In this document: one piece after another, positions 51,093-60,733 of the stretch
How positions within the stretch are numbered: position 1 is the stretch's first letter
How the letters are laid out: each line of letters begins with the position of its first letter
DNA from: an uncultured Gemmatimonadales bacterium
GTDB taxonomy: Bacteria; Gemmatimonadota; Gemmatimonadetes; Gemmatimonadales; GWC2-71-9
Assembly (NCBI GenBank): GCA_963821525.1
Contig: CAWGED010000019.1
Coordinates: 652,449 to 716,448 of the forward strand
Reading direction: 5' to 3'
Length of the DNA: 64,000 nucleotides
Position numbers and translations under genes: made by a program
Notes under the pieces: model-generated
Databases searched by the model: none
Seen by the model: the letters and a program-made list of their open reading frames with translations, nothing else
Told to the model about the DNA's origin: nothing

Positions 51093-53227
51093 CAGGGTGG
51101 CAAGGAGTGGTGAGCGGGCGCAGTGAGTGAGGCCGGCGATGACTCCAGTGTAAGCGCCTGAGTCGGGGTGTCGCCGTCGCGCCTCAAGAGGCCGGAGGAG
51201 AGCAGGCAGTACATGGTCGCGCCCCGATCGGCGTTATTCTCGGCCCAGAGCCTGCCCCCGTGCGCGGCGACAATCGTTCGGGAAATCGACAGACCCAGCC
51301 CAAGTCCCTCGGGCTTGGTAGTGACAAACGGCTCGAAGAGACGGTCCAGCAGGGTCGACGGAATCCCGGTTCCACAGTCCCGAATCGAGATCAGGATGTT
51401 GTTCCGGGTATCGGCATTGGCGATAAGCGTCAATCGCCGATCCGACGCCGCCGTGGTGTTCATCGCCTCGCAGGCATTGATGATCAGGTTGAGTAACACC
51501 TGCTGGAGCTGCACCCGGTCCCCAAGCACCGGCGGAAGATCCCGGGCCACGAGGGCGGTGGAGGTGACCCGCCGGGTAATCAGCTCCGCGTGAGCCAGCT
51601 CGAGCACTTCGGACAGGAGCTCCCGGATATCCATCGGCTGAAGGTGAGTGTCGCCCCGCTTGAGCAGGGCCCGCAGGCGTCGGATGACCTGGGCGGCGCG
51701 TTGGTCCTCGGAGGCGATGTCTGCCAGAATCGCGTCCAGTTCGTCCAGGTCGGCAGGCTGCCGCTTGAGGAGCCGTCTGGCGGCCTCCGCGTTACTGGAG
51801 ATCGAAGTGAGCGGTTGATTCAGCTCGTGCGCCAGCGCGCCGGAGAGCTGACCCAATACCGCGACGCGCGCGAGGTGGGAGAGCTCACGCCGCTGCTCCT
51901 CAATTTGCATCTGAGCTCTGGCGGCGGGCCGTCACATTCGCCCGCGTCACGACCACGCCGCCGTCCGGTCGCGCCAGCGCTTCAAGGCTCAAGGCGTAGC
52001 GCTCCCGGTGGCCGTCCTGTTCGTCATCGTACTCCATCTCAAAACGGCGACTTTCGTGGTGAAGCACCCCCTGGATACCCGCCAACGTGCGTATCGCCGT
52101 CGTATCCCCCCGTTCGGCGGCGAAACGACAGGCCGCCACGTAATCGTCTCCCACGCCCACCCGGTGGAACCGCTCGACGAGGGCGTTGTCGGCGAAGCGC
52201 CGCCAGGAATCGTTGACCTCCAGCACTATCCCGCGGGCGTCGAGGATGGCGACATGGTCGTGAAGGGATGCCAGTAGCGCGTGATAGAGCTGCACGACCT
52301 TGTGGCGCCCGCTGTTCACCGCGGCGATGCAAAGCACCGGAAGCGTCGTCAGCAGCAGAAAGACCTGCAACAGCAGGACGTTGGTATCGGTTGGGGTCGC
52401 CATGAAAGGGCCGGTGCCGCGATCGGCGGCCCAGATCGCACCAAACGCCACGAGGGTCAAGGCCAGACTGGCTCCTGCGGGGCCAAAGCGCAGCGCGGCC
52501 CAGATCAACACTGGCAGCGGGGAGTAAAGCGGCAGAGCGACGTGCCAGGGGTGACGGTCGCGCCACAGGAGCGCCACGGCACAGGTCACGACGAGTGCCA
52601 CCGTCAGCAGGATGGCCTCGAGGATCCGTCGGCCGTTCGATCCGACGAGACCACAGGCTCGGGGCGCCGGCAATGGTGAGCACCAGTGCCGGCAGAAGGG
52701 TCAGGCCGGTGAGCGCGTTCGACATGAACCAACCGCGCCAGGGATCCCAGTACGTCGTGGCCCCTCCATGCAGCACCACGTCCGCCGCCCCGAGCGTCGC
52801 CCCCACCGCCGGCGCGATGATCACCGCGCCGAGGACGAAGAGACCCAGCGCCCGAACGCTTTCCAGCCGGGGCGGGCCGCCGAACGCCCAATGCAGCAAC
52901 AGGGCAGCGGTGAGGGCACGCGCGATATTGGCAACATCGGCCAGCACCACCCACGTGAGGCTCCACTGGGGCCAGTGGGTGATGAAGTGCGCGATGGCAC
53001 CGACGAGGATGTACCAGACCCAATCGCGCCGGGCCGAGAGGATGAGAGCCGCCAGTGAGGATGGCGTAGGGTGGGAACATGACGGCAGCGCCCACTTCCG
53101 GGTACTGCAAGAGGGCGCCCGCGGCATTGCCGAGCAGGATGGCCGGCGCGAACAACAGGAGACCAGGCGCAAGGGGGATGATCCCTGCGTCGGCCTTGGG
53201 AGCATAGCCGGGCCGTGGTTCGCTCAT
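51092..53227 (-). pseudogene. MASE1-PAS-HisKA-HATPase sensor histidine kinase, three frame breaks (about 53052-53056, 52630-52635 and 51905-51925)
   Basis: Four ORF pieces join colinearly. They run MSEPRPGY...MFPPYAILT, then AALILSARRDWVWYILVG...APSLWS, then RRILEAILLTV...PAS, then QMQIEEQRRELSHLARVAVLGQLSGALAHELNQPLTSI ... GLGLGLSISR. Confidence 0.75.
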
Positions 53228-53440
53228 GAAGGTGCCGCTTGTTCCAGGGGAGCACGGAGCCGTCGGTGCTCCGACCAACTCCGCACTGAATATGACTGAA
53301 CACTACGCTACCGGCTACCGCCTCTTGTCACGAGGTGCTGTCGGCAGGTTCAGCCACGGCGCCGGTCAGCCAGTTCAAGACGTAACGCGCCGTCGTGCAG
53401 ACCATGGATGCCGTTCCTAACGACTATACATTTAGAGAGA

Positions 53441-54265
53441 ATGCCTGAACTGCCCGAAGTCGAAACCATCGTCCAGGATATTCGGCCGGACCTGGTTGGC
53501 CGGACCATCCGGCGAGCCTCTCTGTCCCACGTCGATGTGTTGCGGGGAGTCACTCGACCAAAGCTGCTCGCGGCCCTGAAGGGGGCCGCCATTCGCAGCG
53601 TGACCCGGCGAGCGAAGCACGCCGTCATCGCGCTCGGAGAGCGGCGTCTGGTGATCCAGCCGGGGATGACCGGATCGCTCACCGTTCGAAGAGATCCACT
53701 GAGCCGGGACGAGGCGAAATACGCCGTTCTCCGGGCTCCGCTCGATTCCGGTCGCGAACTGGTCTACCAGGATGTACGGCGACTCGGCACCCTGTTGCTC
53801 CTCAACGAGCGGCAATGGGCGGCATACGACGCCGCCATCGGGCCCGAGCCGCTGGAGCCGGGTTTCACGGCCGGGGCATTTCAGGCCTCACTCAAACGCA
53901 CCCGGCAGGCCATCAAGAAGGCGCTGATGGACCAGAAGCTCATCGCCGGCGTGGGAAACATCTACGCGAACGAGGCGCTCTTCGCGGCGGGCATTGATCC
54001 GTCCCGCTCCGCGTCGTCGTTAAGCAAGGATGAATATGGCCGGCTCTTCGTCGAGCTCCGGCGCATCCTGAGCGCCGCCATCGAGGCCGAGGGCACAACG
54101 TTTCGGGACTATCGCACCGGCACCGGTGAACCCGGGAATTTCCAGCTCGAGTTGCTGGTCTACGGCCGGGAAGGTGAACCCTGCCGTCGCTGCGGGACGC
54201 GACTGGTGGGGACGCACACGATTGATGCGCGGATTACCGTGTTCTGCTATAGGTGTCAGCGGTGA
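53441..54265 (+). CDS. mutM: formamidopyrimidine-DNA glycosylase
   Basis: MPELPEVETI N-terminal catalytic Pro-Glu. C-terminal zinc finger CRRCGTRL...CYRCQ. Confidence 0.92.
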   Translation: MPELPEVETIVQDIRPDLVGRTIRRASLSHVDVLRGVTRPKLLAALKGAAIRSVTRRAKHAVIALGERRLVIQPGMTGSLTVRRDPLSRDEAKYAVLRAPLDSGRELVYQDVRRLGTLLLLNERQWAAYDAAIGPEPLEPGFTAGAFQASLKRTRQAIKKALMDQKLIAGVGNIYANEALFAAGIDPSRSASSLSKDEYGRLFVELRRILSAAIEAEGTTFRDYRTGTGEPGNFQLELLVYGREGEPCRRCGTRLVGTHTIDARITVFCYRCQR

Positions 54266-54269
54266 AATA

Positions 54270-54412
54270 GGCAGGGAGTAGGTTGTAGGGTGGTGGGGAG
54301 TGGGGCGTGTACCTGTCGCTCGACTTGTGACCACAGGCTCCAGACTCCAGACTCCAGACTCCGACTCCCTACTCCCTACTCCCTACTCCCTACTCCCCAC
54401 TCACCCACAACC
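54270..54412. repeat. heptamer-arm junction element E12 (GGGAGTA / CCAGACT / CCCTACT type)
   Basis: Left arm GGCAGGGAGTAGGTTGTAGGGTGGTGGGGAGTGGGGCG. The right arm is CCAGACT x3, CCGACT, CCCTACT x4, then CCCCACTCACCCACAACC, and it ends at the GTG start of the next gene. Confidence 0.88.
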
Positions 54413-54413
54413 T

Positions 54414-55507
54414 GTGACCCGTTCACCCACGCTCGCCCTTCCAACCACCGACCTCGTTCGGCTCAAGGAACGGGTGCGTCGATTGGCGGAGGATCGGCCC
54501 GGGGTCTATCGGATGCTCGACCCGCGCGGCCGGGTGATCTACGTGGGCAAAGCGAAGCAGGTCCGGACTCGGCTGCTCTCCTATTTCCGGGCCGACCATC
54601 CTGACGAGAAGGCCGCGCGCATTCTCCACGCCGCCGCCGACATCGCCTGGGATTATGTGCCGAGCGAGTTCGCGGCCTATCTGGGCGAGCTGCGGCAGAT
54701 CGTTCGCCACCGGCCGATGTTCAACCAGCGGATGAACCGGACGCGAAAGACCTTGTTCATCCGAGTCCAGGGAGGTTCCGCGCCCAAGGTGTCGGCAGGA
54801 GGTCCTCTGGATGAGAGTGCCCGGTGCTACGGCCCATTCATCAGCGCGGAACGGGTGCGGGATGCCGTCCGGGGCATCAATGACCTTCTCGGTCTCCGGG
54901 ACTGCGCGCCGAACATGCCCATGGTCTTCGCCGGGCAGACCGATCTGTTCGACGTGGAAAGGCGCGCCGCCTGCATGCGTCACGATTTCGGCTTCTGCAC
55001 CGGTCCATGCGCCGGCTTCGTGACCGAGAGGGAATATCTCCGTCGGGTGGACACGGCCGTCGCCTTCCTCGAGGGGCGTACCATCCAGCCGCTCGACCGG
55101 GTGATCAACGAGATGCAGCAGGCGGCCGATGCCGGCGAGTTCGAGCGCGCGACAGTGTGGCGGGAGCGATTCGAGCGGCTGGAATGGCTGCTGGCGGCGA
55201 TCGCGCGAGCACGTACCGCGGTAGATGGGCTGAGCTTTGTCTATCGCGATCCGGGACTCAAGGGAGACGATCGCGCCTACCTGATCCGCCAAGGGCGTAG
55301 TGCTCGCGTCGTATCCTTTTCCCTCAACACCGATAGAGCAGGAAGCCTTCCGCGCGGTGGTGAAGGATGCGTTGTCCAGCTCCGGCGCCCTCTGCCGGTC
55401 CCCTGCCCTCATGCCACCTGGATGAGATCCTGCTCGTGATGTCGTGGTTCCGTCGCCATCCGCAGGCGTTCCGCCGTACCACGCCCCTCAATTCCTGGGT
55501 GGCCTGA
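54414..55507 (+). pseudogene. UvrC N-terminal-half homologue (GIY-YIG nuclease + UVR motif), two frame breaks near 55297-55300 and 55400-55418
   Basis: GVYRMLDPRGRVIYVGKAKQVRTRLLSYF is the GIY-YIG motif. A Cys-rich region and a UVR-like EFERATVWRERFERLEW follow. The C-terminus reads on in frame 1 (VLASYPFPSTPIEQEAFRAVV...) and then in frame 2 (LDEILLVMSWFRRHPQAF...), reaching the stop at 55505-55507. Confidence 0.7.
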
Positions 55508-57683
55508 ATGCGTGGCCGGCTGCTGCTCGCGGCCCTTGCCGGCATCCCCTTCGTGCTCGGCGCGCAGGAAGCACCCGAGCGGGCAGCGCTCCAGCGCCTC
55601 CAGGATTCCCTTGCCTCGGTTCGTGATACCCTCGCTCTCCGCCGCCTCGACCGCTGGCTGGAGGCTGGCGCAGGGGGAACCGTTCGAGGGGGAGGACTCC
55701 TCCTCAGGCGCAGCCTCGTCCGAATCAGGATGGGTCAGCTCGGCGATGGCTGGAATCTCGGCGCCGCCCAACGACTCGCCCGCCAGGCGACAAAATCGCA
55801 GCCCGATTGGCCCGCGGCCTGGTACCTGAGCGGTCTCGCCTCCCAGGAGATGGGGCGTTGGCGCGCCGAGACAGGATCCAATCTCGGAACCCGAGTGGGA
55901 TTCAGCGCCCTCGAGGGACGCGGCCCGGCAATACCTCCAGGCACTCGCGATCGATCCTGGGTACCTCCCCGCGCTGCGCGCCTTGAACGAGGTCGCCTCC
56001 GTCCTCGAGGACACGACCCTGATCCGCTCGACGGTACTGCCCGCGCTCCGCCGCGCTGGAGCGACGGATACCGGAAACGACGCCGTCATCCTGCTTGCGC
56101 GAGGCCGGTACGAGCGGCTGATGGGAGACGCCGATTCTTCTCTGCCGCGCTGCGGGTGTACGCCGAGCCTGGAGAAGAGAAACGGCGCGGCATTACATGA
56201 GCTGGCATGGAGTGCGGCCCTGGCCGGAGACAGCAACGCCGTGCGGGTCTACTACGAGGGCGCTTCCTCCGACGACTCGGCCGCGGTTGTGGCCTACCGT
56301 TCGGACCTTGAGCTGCTGGCCGACGACAGTACACTCGCAGCCTTCGACTCGACGAACGGAGAAGCGCGCACCGAATTCCTCCGTCGCTTCTGGACTCTGC
56401 GCGACCGCCGGGACCTCCGCACCGAAGGCCAGCGTCTGCTGGAGCACTTCCGCCGTCGCACCTACGCCGAGCGCCATTTCGCATTGCTCACCAATCGGCG
56501 ATTGAGCTCCATCGACGATATCTACCGGTCAGCGGGTCTGCCTTTCGACGACCGCGGCATGGTCTACCTGCGCCAAGGAGAGCCCGACGAAATCATCCAT
56601 CCCGTTCTTGCCGGGATGATGCCTAACGAGACATGGGTCTATCGCCGCGGCGAAGGAGACCTGCTGCTCCACTTCAAGGGCGGCGGCGCCTACACGGTCG
56701 GCGGGGATATCCAGGACTACCGCCTGGTGAGGAGCATCTTCGAATTGGGCGCCGGGTCCGATGCGCAGATCGAAATGCTGCTGGCCTCTCGGGCCGACCT
56801 CCTGGATGTCTACGCCAAGTTCCTCAACTGGGGCCAGTACGCCCGAGCTCGCGCGGCGGACCGGGAGCAGGAGATCGTGGAGGGCAGCATCGAGGTGGCG
56901 ACAGTTACCGATGCCAACGTGCGGCATTATCGGAGGAGCATCGCGTCAGAGGCCGACGCCGTGGCGATGGGTGAACTCGACGGGTCTCCGCTGGTACACC
57001 TCGTGCATCGCCGTTCCGCTGGAAGACGAGCAGCGTAGATGCGGACCAGGTTCGGTTGCCCGTCAGGATTCGGGTGGGCTTCTACGATGCGTCGGGCGTT
57101 CCCGGTCCGGCCTTCGATCGCGACACGGTGCTCAAGGTGCGGAGGACGGAGGACGGTCTCGAAGCCCAGGGCCACCTGGAGTTCGCACTCCCGCCCGGCG
57201 CGTGGCTGTACCGAGTCAGTGTCGAAACCAGCGACTCGACCGGGAGGATTCTGCCGGAGGATTCCGTTCGAGTCGAGCCGGTCAGCGGATCTCCGCTCTC
57301 GTTGAGCGGCATCGCCCTGGGGACCCGGTCGAAGGGAGTGGAATGGGTTTCGGCGCCGGGAGATACCGCGGTCTTCAACCCCCGTGCGACATTCGATCCC
57401 GCGGATCAAGTCGAGCTGTATTTCGAGGCGTACGGCCTGGAGACCACGCAGCCGGTTCGGACCGAAGTCCGGATCGCTCAAGGCAAGCGCGATGCACTGC
57501 GATTGAGTTACGAGCAACCGGTCTCCGGCACCCCACTCCGAGTTCGTCGCTCCCTCGACATCGCGAATGTGAAGCCGGGTAGGTACCGGCTCGAGGTGCG
57601 AGTGAGTGACACAGAGCGGAGAGGAAGCGACGACTGCGAGGGAAATCGAAGTGAAGCGACGGACGGCGCGAGACTCGAAGTAG
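55508..57683 (+). pseudogene. GWxTD-domain-like secreted protein, at least three frame breaks (about 55912-55920, 57000-57045 and 57612-57620)
   Basis: Signal peptide MRGRLLLAALAGIPFVLGAQ. FWTLRDRR...YAERHF...DDRGMVYLRQGEPDEI...NETWVY matches the GWxTD-family layout. The colinear pieces are 55508..56200, 55983..57038 and 57056..57796. A corrected C-terminus would stop at 57681-57683, 2 nt from the convergent gene. Confidence 0.6.
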
Positions 57684-57685
57684 TC

Positions 57686-58327
57686 TCAGGGCCCGCCCTC
57701 GAGTCGAACCGGCGCCCACCAGTCAGGACGCCGCTCGAGCATGGTGGGTTGAACAGCACCGGCCGCCTGAGGCCAGATGTACCAACCCTGCGGTGAGTCG
57801 TCGAAGACTCGGAATGCCATTCGAGGCAAGTCTCCCGCCTTCGCCTCGCGGAAATACGCCTGATCCAGCTTGAGTTCGAGCGACCACCCGGTCGGACGAT
57901 TCTCCGTCCGAACTTCCCACCCGCCACCTTCCCGATCCTTTCCCAGTCGCCAATCCGGATCATCCCTCGGCGGCTGCCATTTTCCGTTCTTTCCTCGGAA
58001 GACGACACTGCTATCGATCATGCGGCGGAAATACCACTGGAAGTCGTCGTGGTCCGGAGCTGGCGAGGCGTCGCCCTGGGTGTCCATGCTGATGACGAGA
58101 TCATCCCCCCAGTAATAGGTCGAGTCCTCGATTTCCGCAGCGAGGTACACACTTTCCTCCCACCGGGCGAGCCAGAGACGTACGACGCCTCCCGGACGCT
58201 GGATCAGGCAGGATGGGGTTCCCCACTCTCCTGCTGTCGCACGACCGTCGAAGACCGGAGCGGTACTCGCGGTGGTCACCCGGAGCGTATCGGCAACGAG
58301 ACCCAGAACCAGCAGCGCGGGGATCAT
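57686..58327 (-). CDS. hypothetical secreted protein (possible CBM9/DOMON-like fold)
   Basis: Signal-like MIPALLVLGLVA. Trp/Asp-rich. No catalytic motif. The family assignment is a guess. Confidence 0.45.
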   Translation of the reverse strand: MIPALLVLGLVADTLRVTTASTAPVFDGRATAGEWGTPSCLIQRPGGVVRLWLARWEESVYLAAEIEDSTYYWGDDLVISMDTQGDASPAPDHDDFQWYFRRMIDSSVVFRGKNGKWQPPRDDPDWRLGKDREGGGWEVRTENRPTGWSLELKLDQAYFREAKAGDLPRMAFRVFDDSPQGWYIWPQAAGAVQPTMLERRPDWWAPVRLEGGP

Positions 58328-58333
58328 CCGATT

Positions 58334-58825
58334 TCAGTCTTCGTCCAGGCCGAGTAAAGGCACGAGACGCGCGCGCGGCGGGAGGCCGGCCTCGAGCTCC
58401 ATGATGCCGACAGTCGGAGGGAGATTGAACCGCCGCCGGCCGGCGCCTCCCGGGTTCATCACGGTGACGACCACATCGAGTGTTACCAGGAGCGGCTTGT
58501 GGGTGTGGCCGAAGACGATCACTTCGGCCTCGGGGTAGGCCTCGTACAGCAATTCCGGAGTGGGAGAGCCGAACTGATCTCCGTGGGTAACCACGAAGTC
58601 GAGCCCTTCTATCCTGGCCTGGACCACGTCCGGTAATCGGCTCCGAAGCTCGGATCCGTCAGTGTTGCCGTAGACCGCGGTGACCGGCGCAATCGCCTCG
58701 AGCTCATCAAGGAGTGCCGCCGGACCGATGTCCCCCGCGTGAAGAATATGGTCAACCTCGCGGAAGACCTCGAAGACCTCGGGCCGGAGAAGCCCATGAG
58801 TATCAGAGATGATGCCGAGGCGCAT
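58334..58825 (-). CDS. YfcE/MJ0936-family metallophosphoesterase
   Basis: ISDTHG, HAGDIG and GHTHKP motifs. Confidence 0.88.
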   Translation of the reverse strand: MRLGIISDTHGLLRPEVFEVFREVDHILHAGDIGPAALLDELEAIAPVTAVYGNTDGSELRSRLPDVVQARIEGLDFVVTHGDQFGSPTPELLYEAYPEAEVIVFGHTHKPLLVTLDVVVTVMNPGGAGRRRFNLPPTVGIMELEAGLPPRARLVPLLGLDED

Positions 58826-58828
58826 CGT

Positions 58829-58937
58829 GGGGATTGAAGATTCGAAAGATTTAAGATTTCAAATTGAACAGCCTCTAGGTCGCATATCCCTTCTGATGCG
58901 CCCAAATCTTCAATCTGAAATCTTAAATCTTCAATTC
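58829..58937. repeat. heptamer-arm junction element E13 (GATTGAA type)
   Basis: Left arm GGGGATTGAAGATTCGAAAGATTTAAGATTTCAAATTGAA. Right arm AAATCTTCAATCTGAAATCTTAAATCTTCAATTC. A 15-nt core AGATTTAAGATTTCA is complementary between the arms. The element overlaps the ubiX stop. Confidence 0.85.
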
Positions 58938-59515
58938 TCTCCCTTCCAACTTTTCCCAACGTCCACCTCCACCCCCAGCTGATCGATGACTCGCTGCACC
59001 ACAAAATCCACCAGCTCGCCGATCTGGGTCGGGCGGTGATAGAAGCCGGGTGCCGCGGGGATTACGACGGCGCCGGCTTCGGTGACCGAGACGAGGTTGC
59101 GGAGATGAATCAGGGAGAGAGGAGTCTCCCGGGGGACCAGGATCAGCTTGCGCCGTTCCTTGAGCACCACGTCCGCGGCACGCTCGACCAGTGAACGGCT
59201 GGTGCCGCCCGCGATCGCCGCCACGGTGCCCATCGAACAGGGACAGATGACCATCCCGGCGGTCTTGACCGAGCCCGATGCCGGTTTGGCGCCGCGATCG
59301 TCGTCGGGGTAGACCGTGACACTGGACCAGTCTCCTCCCGTTACCGCGCGGAGCCCCGCCTCATCGTTGATGCCGCACTCGGCGTGGAGCAGCCTCCACC
59401 CATGACTGGTTACGATCAGCCAGACGGGGAGTCGGTGACGCGCCAGAAGCTCCAGCAACCGCACGGCGTATGGCGCCCCCGAGGCACCGGTGATCGCGAG
59501 GACGATCGGCAGCAC
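58931..59515 (-). CDS. ubiX: flavin prenyltransferase UbiX family
   Basis: ITGASGAPYAVRLL ... PCSMGTVAAIA. The UbiX/Pad1 pattern holds throughout. Confidence 0.9.
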   Translation of the reverse strand: MLPIVLAITGASGAPYAVRLLELLARHRLPVWLIVTSHGWRLLHAECGINDEAGLRAVTGGDWSSVTVYPDDDRGAKPASGSVKTAGMVICPCSMGTVAAIAGGTSRSLVERAADVVLKERRKLILVPRETPLSLIHLRNLVSVTEAGAVVIPAAPGFYHRPTQIGELVDFVVQRVIDQLGVEVDVGKSWKGEN

Positions 59516-59715
59516 AGCTCAGCGTCCGCGGCGATTTGCCGTAGGGTTCCTCACCGGGTGGCTTGGCGGGGGTGGCGGGGGTAGCTGGTCGCCGGGGAGC
59601 GACTCCTTAGTTCCTCGCTTGCCCTTCTGCGGATTGGGAGTCGTCCGCCTCCAGAATATGGGACTCCTGTTCTGTCTTCTTTCTTCGCCTGCTCATGGCT
59701 CTCCTCTCAGAGTGT

Positions 59716-60648
59716 TCATACCAGCCTGTCCACCAACGCGAATCCAAACACCGTGAGGCTCATGATGCCGTTCATCGTGAAGAAGGCGGCATCGAGCCGC
59801 GACAAATCGCCGGGCCTTACCAGCCGGTGCTCGTACGCCAGAATCAACGCCGCTGCACCCACACCGACATAGAACCAGGCGCCGAACCCCGCCCCCAGCC
59901 CGAACAGCACCAGGGCGGGAATGGTGATCCCGTGCAAGAGCTTCGCGAAGAGAATACTTCGCTTTTCACCGAGTCGCACGACCGCGCTGCGGAGTCCTTC
60001 ACCCTTGTCGAACGCCTGATCAGGCAACGCGTAGAAGATGTCGAACCCAGCGACCCAGGTGGCGACCGCGAGACTGACCGCGATCAAGGTCCACCAGGGG
60101 CTGCTCCAGGCCCCGGTGATCGCCAGATATCCTCCCACCGGAGCAATTGCCAGACTCATTCCCAGCCACAGGTGTGGCCACCAGGTGAATCTCTTGCTCA
60201 GGCTGTACAGCATGACCCAGCCGAGTGCGAGCGGGCTCAGGTAGAGACAGAGACGGTTGAGACCGGCTGCAGAAGCGACGAAGAGCGCGGCAGCGATGAC
60301 GACGGAGACCCAGGCCTGAGCAACACTCAGCGCCCCGCGGGGAAGCTCCCGGTTTTGAGTCCGCGGATTTCGCGCGTCGAACTCCCGGTCCACGATCCGA
60401 TTGAAGGCCATCGCCACCCAGCGCGCCGCCGAGAACGCAATGACCACGAGGCCTACCTGCCGCCAGGTGACGCCACGCTGAAACGATGCTTCGAGAACAC
60501 CGAGCAGGGCGAAGGGGAGCGCGAAGAGGGTGTGGGGCAGCTTGACCAGGTTGGCATAGCGAACCAGCAGGGACTCGCCGGCGAAGGTCTGGCCTTCCCG
60601 CCCGACCGGCAGTCGATGGTCAATAGTCGATGGTCGATGGTCTTTCAT
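59716..60648 (-). CDS. UbiA-family aromatic prenyltransferase (UbiA/MqnP type)
   Basis: NRIVDREFDARNPRT is the first Asp-rich motif, and the protein has multiple TM helices. The ATG at 60648 lies in the loop of repeat E14, and the first 12 codons lie in its left arm. Confidence 0.85.
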   Translation of the reverse strand: MKDHRPSTIDHRLPVGREGQTFAGESLLVRYANLVKLPHTLFALPFALLGVLEASFQRGVTWRQVGLVVIAFSAARWVAMAFNRIVDREFDARNPRTQNRELPRGALSVAQAWVSVVIAAALFVASAAGLNRLCLYLSPLALGWVMLYSLSKRFTWWPHLWLGMSLAIAPVGGYLAITGAWSSPWWTLIAVSLAVATWVAGFDIFYALPDQAFDKGEGLRSAVVRLGEKRSILFAKLLHGITIPALVLFGLGAGFGAWFYVGVGAAALILAYEHRLVRPGDLSRLDAAFFTMNGIMSLTVFGFALVDRLV

Positions 60649-60732
60649 CGCGATGCCGACCTGCGCTCCTGTTTCCGGATCAAGGGACCATCGACCATTG
60701 ACCACCGACCATTGACGATCGACCACCGACCG
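60610..60732. repeat. heptamer-arm junction element E14 (CGATGGT type)
   Basis: Left arm CAGTCGATGGTCAATAGTCGATGGTCGATGGTC. Right arm GACCATCGACCATTGACCACCGACCATTGACGATCGACCACCGACCG. There is a 13-nt perfect complement at the inner ends. Confidence 0.88.
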
Positions 60733-60733
60733 C

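Noticed and set aside
13700-57640. Programmed ribosomal frameshifting or recoding as the explanation for the frame breaks
   Set aside because: - There are too many sites, in unrelated gene classes.
- Both +1 and -1 directions occur.
- There are no shared slippery heptamers or downstream pseudoknot-like signals.
- Several breaks sit in plain homopolymers.
22715-60732. Heptamer arrays considered as CRISPR arrays
   Set aside because: - The units are 7 nt and directly abutting, with no spacers.
- The arrays come as inverted pairs.
- No cas genes or leader are present.
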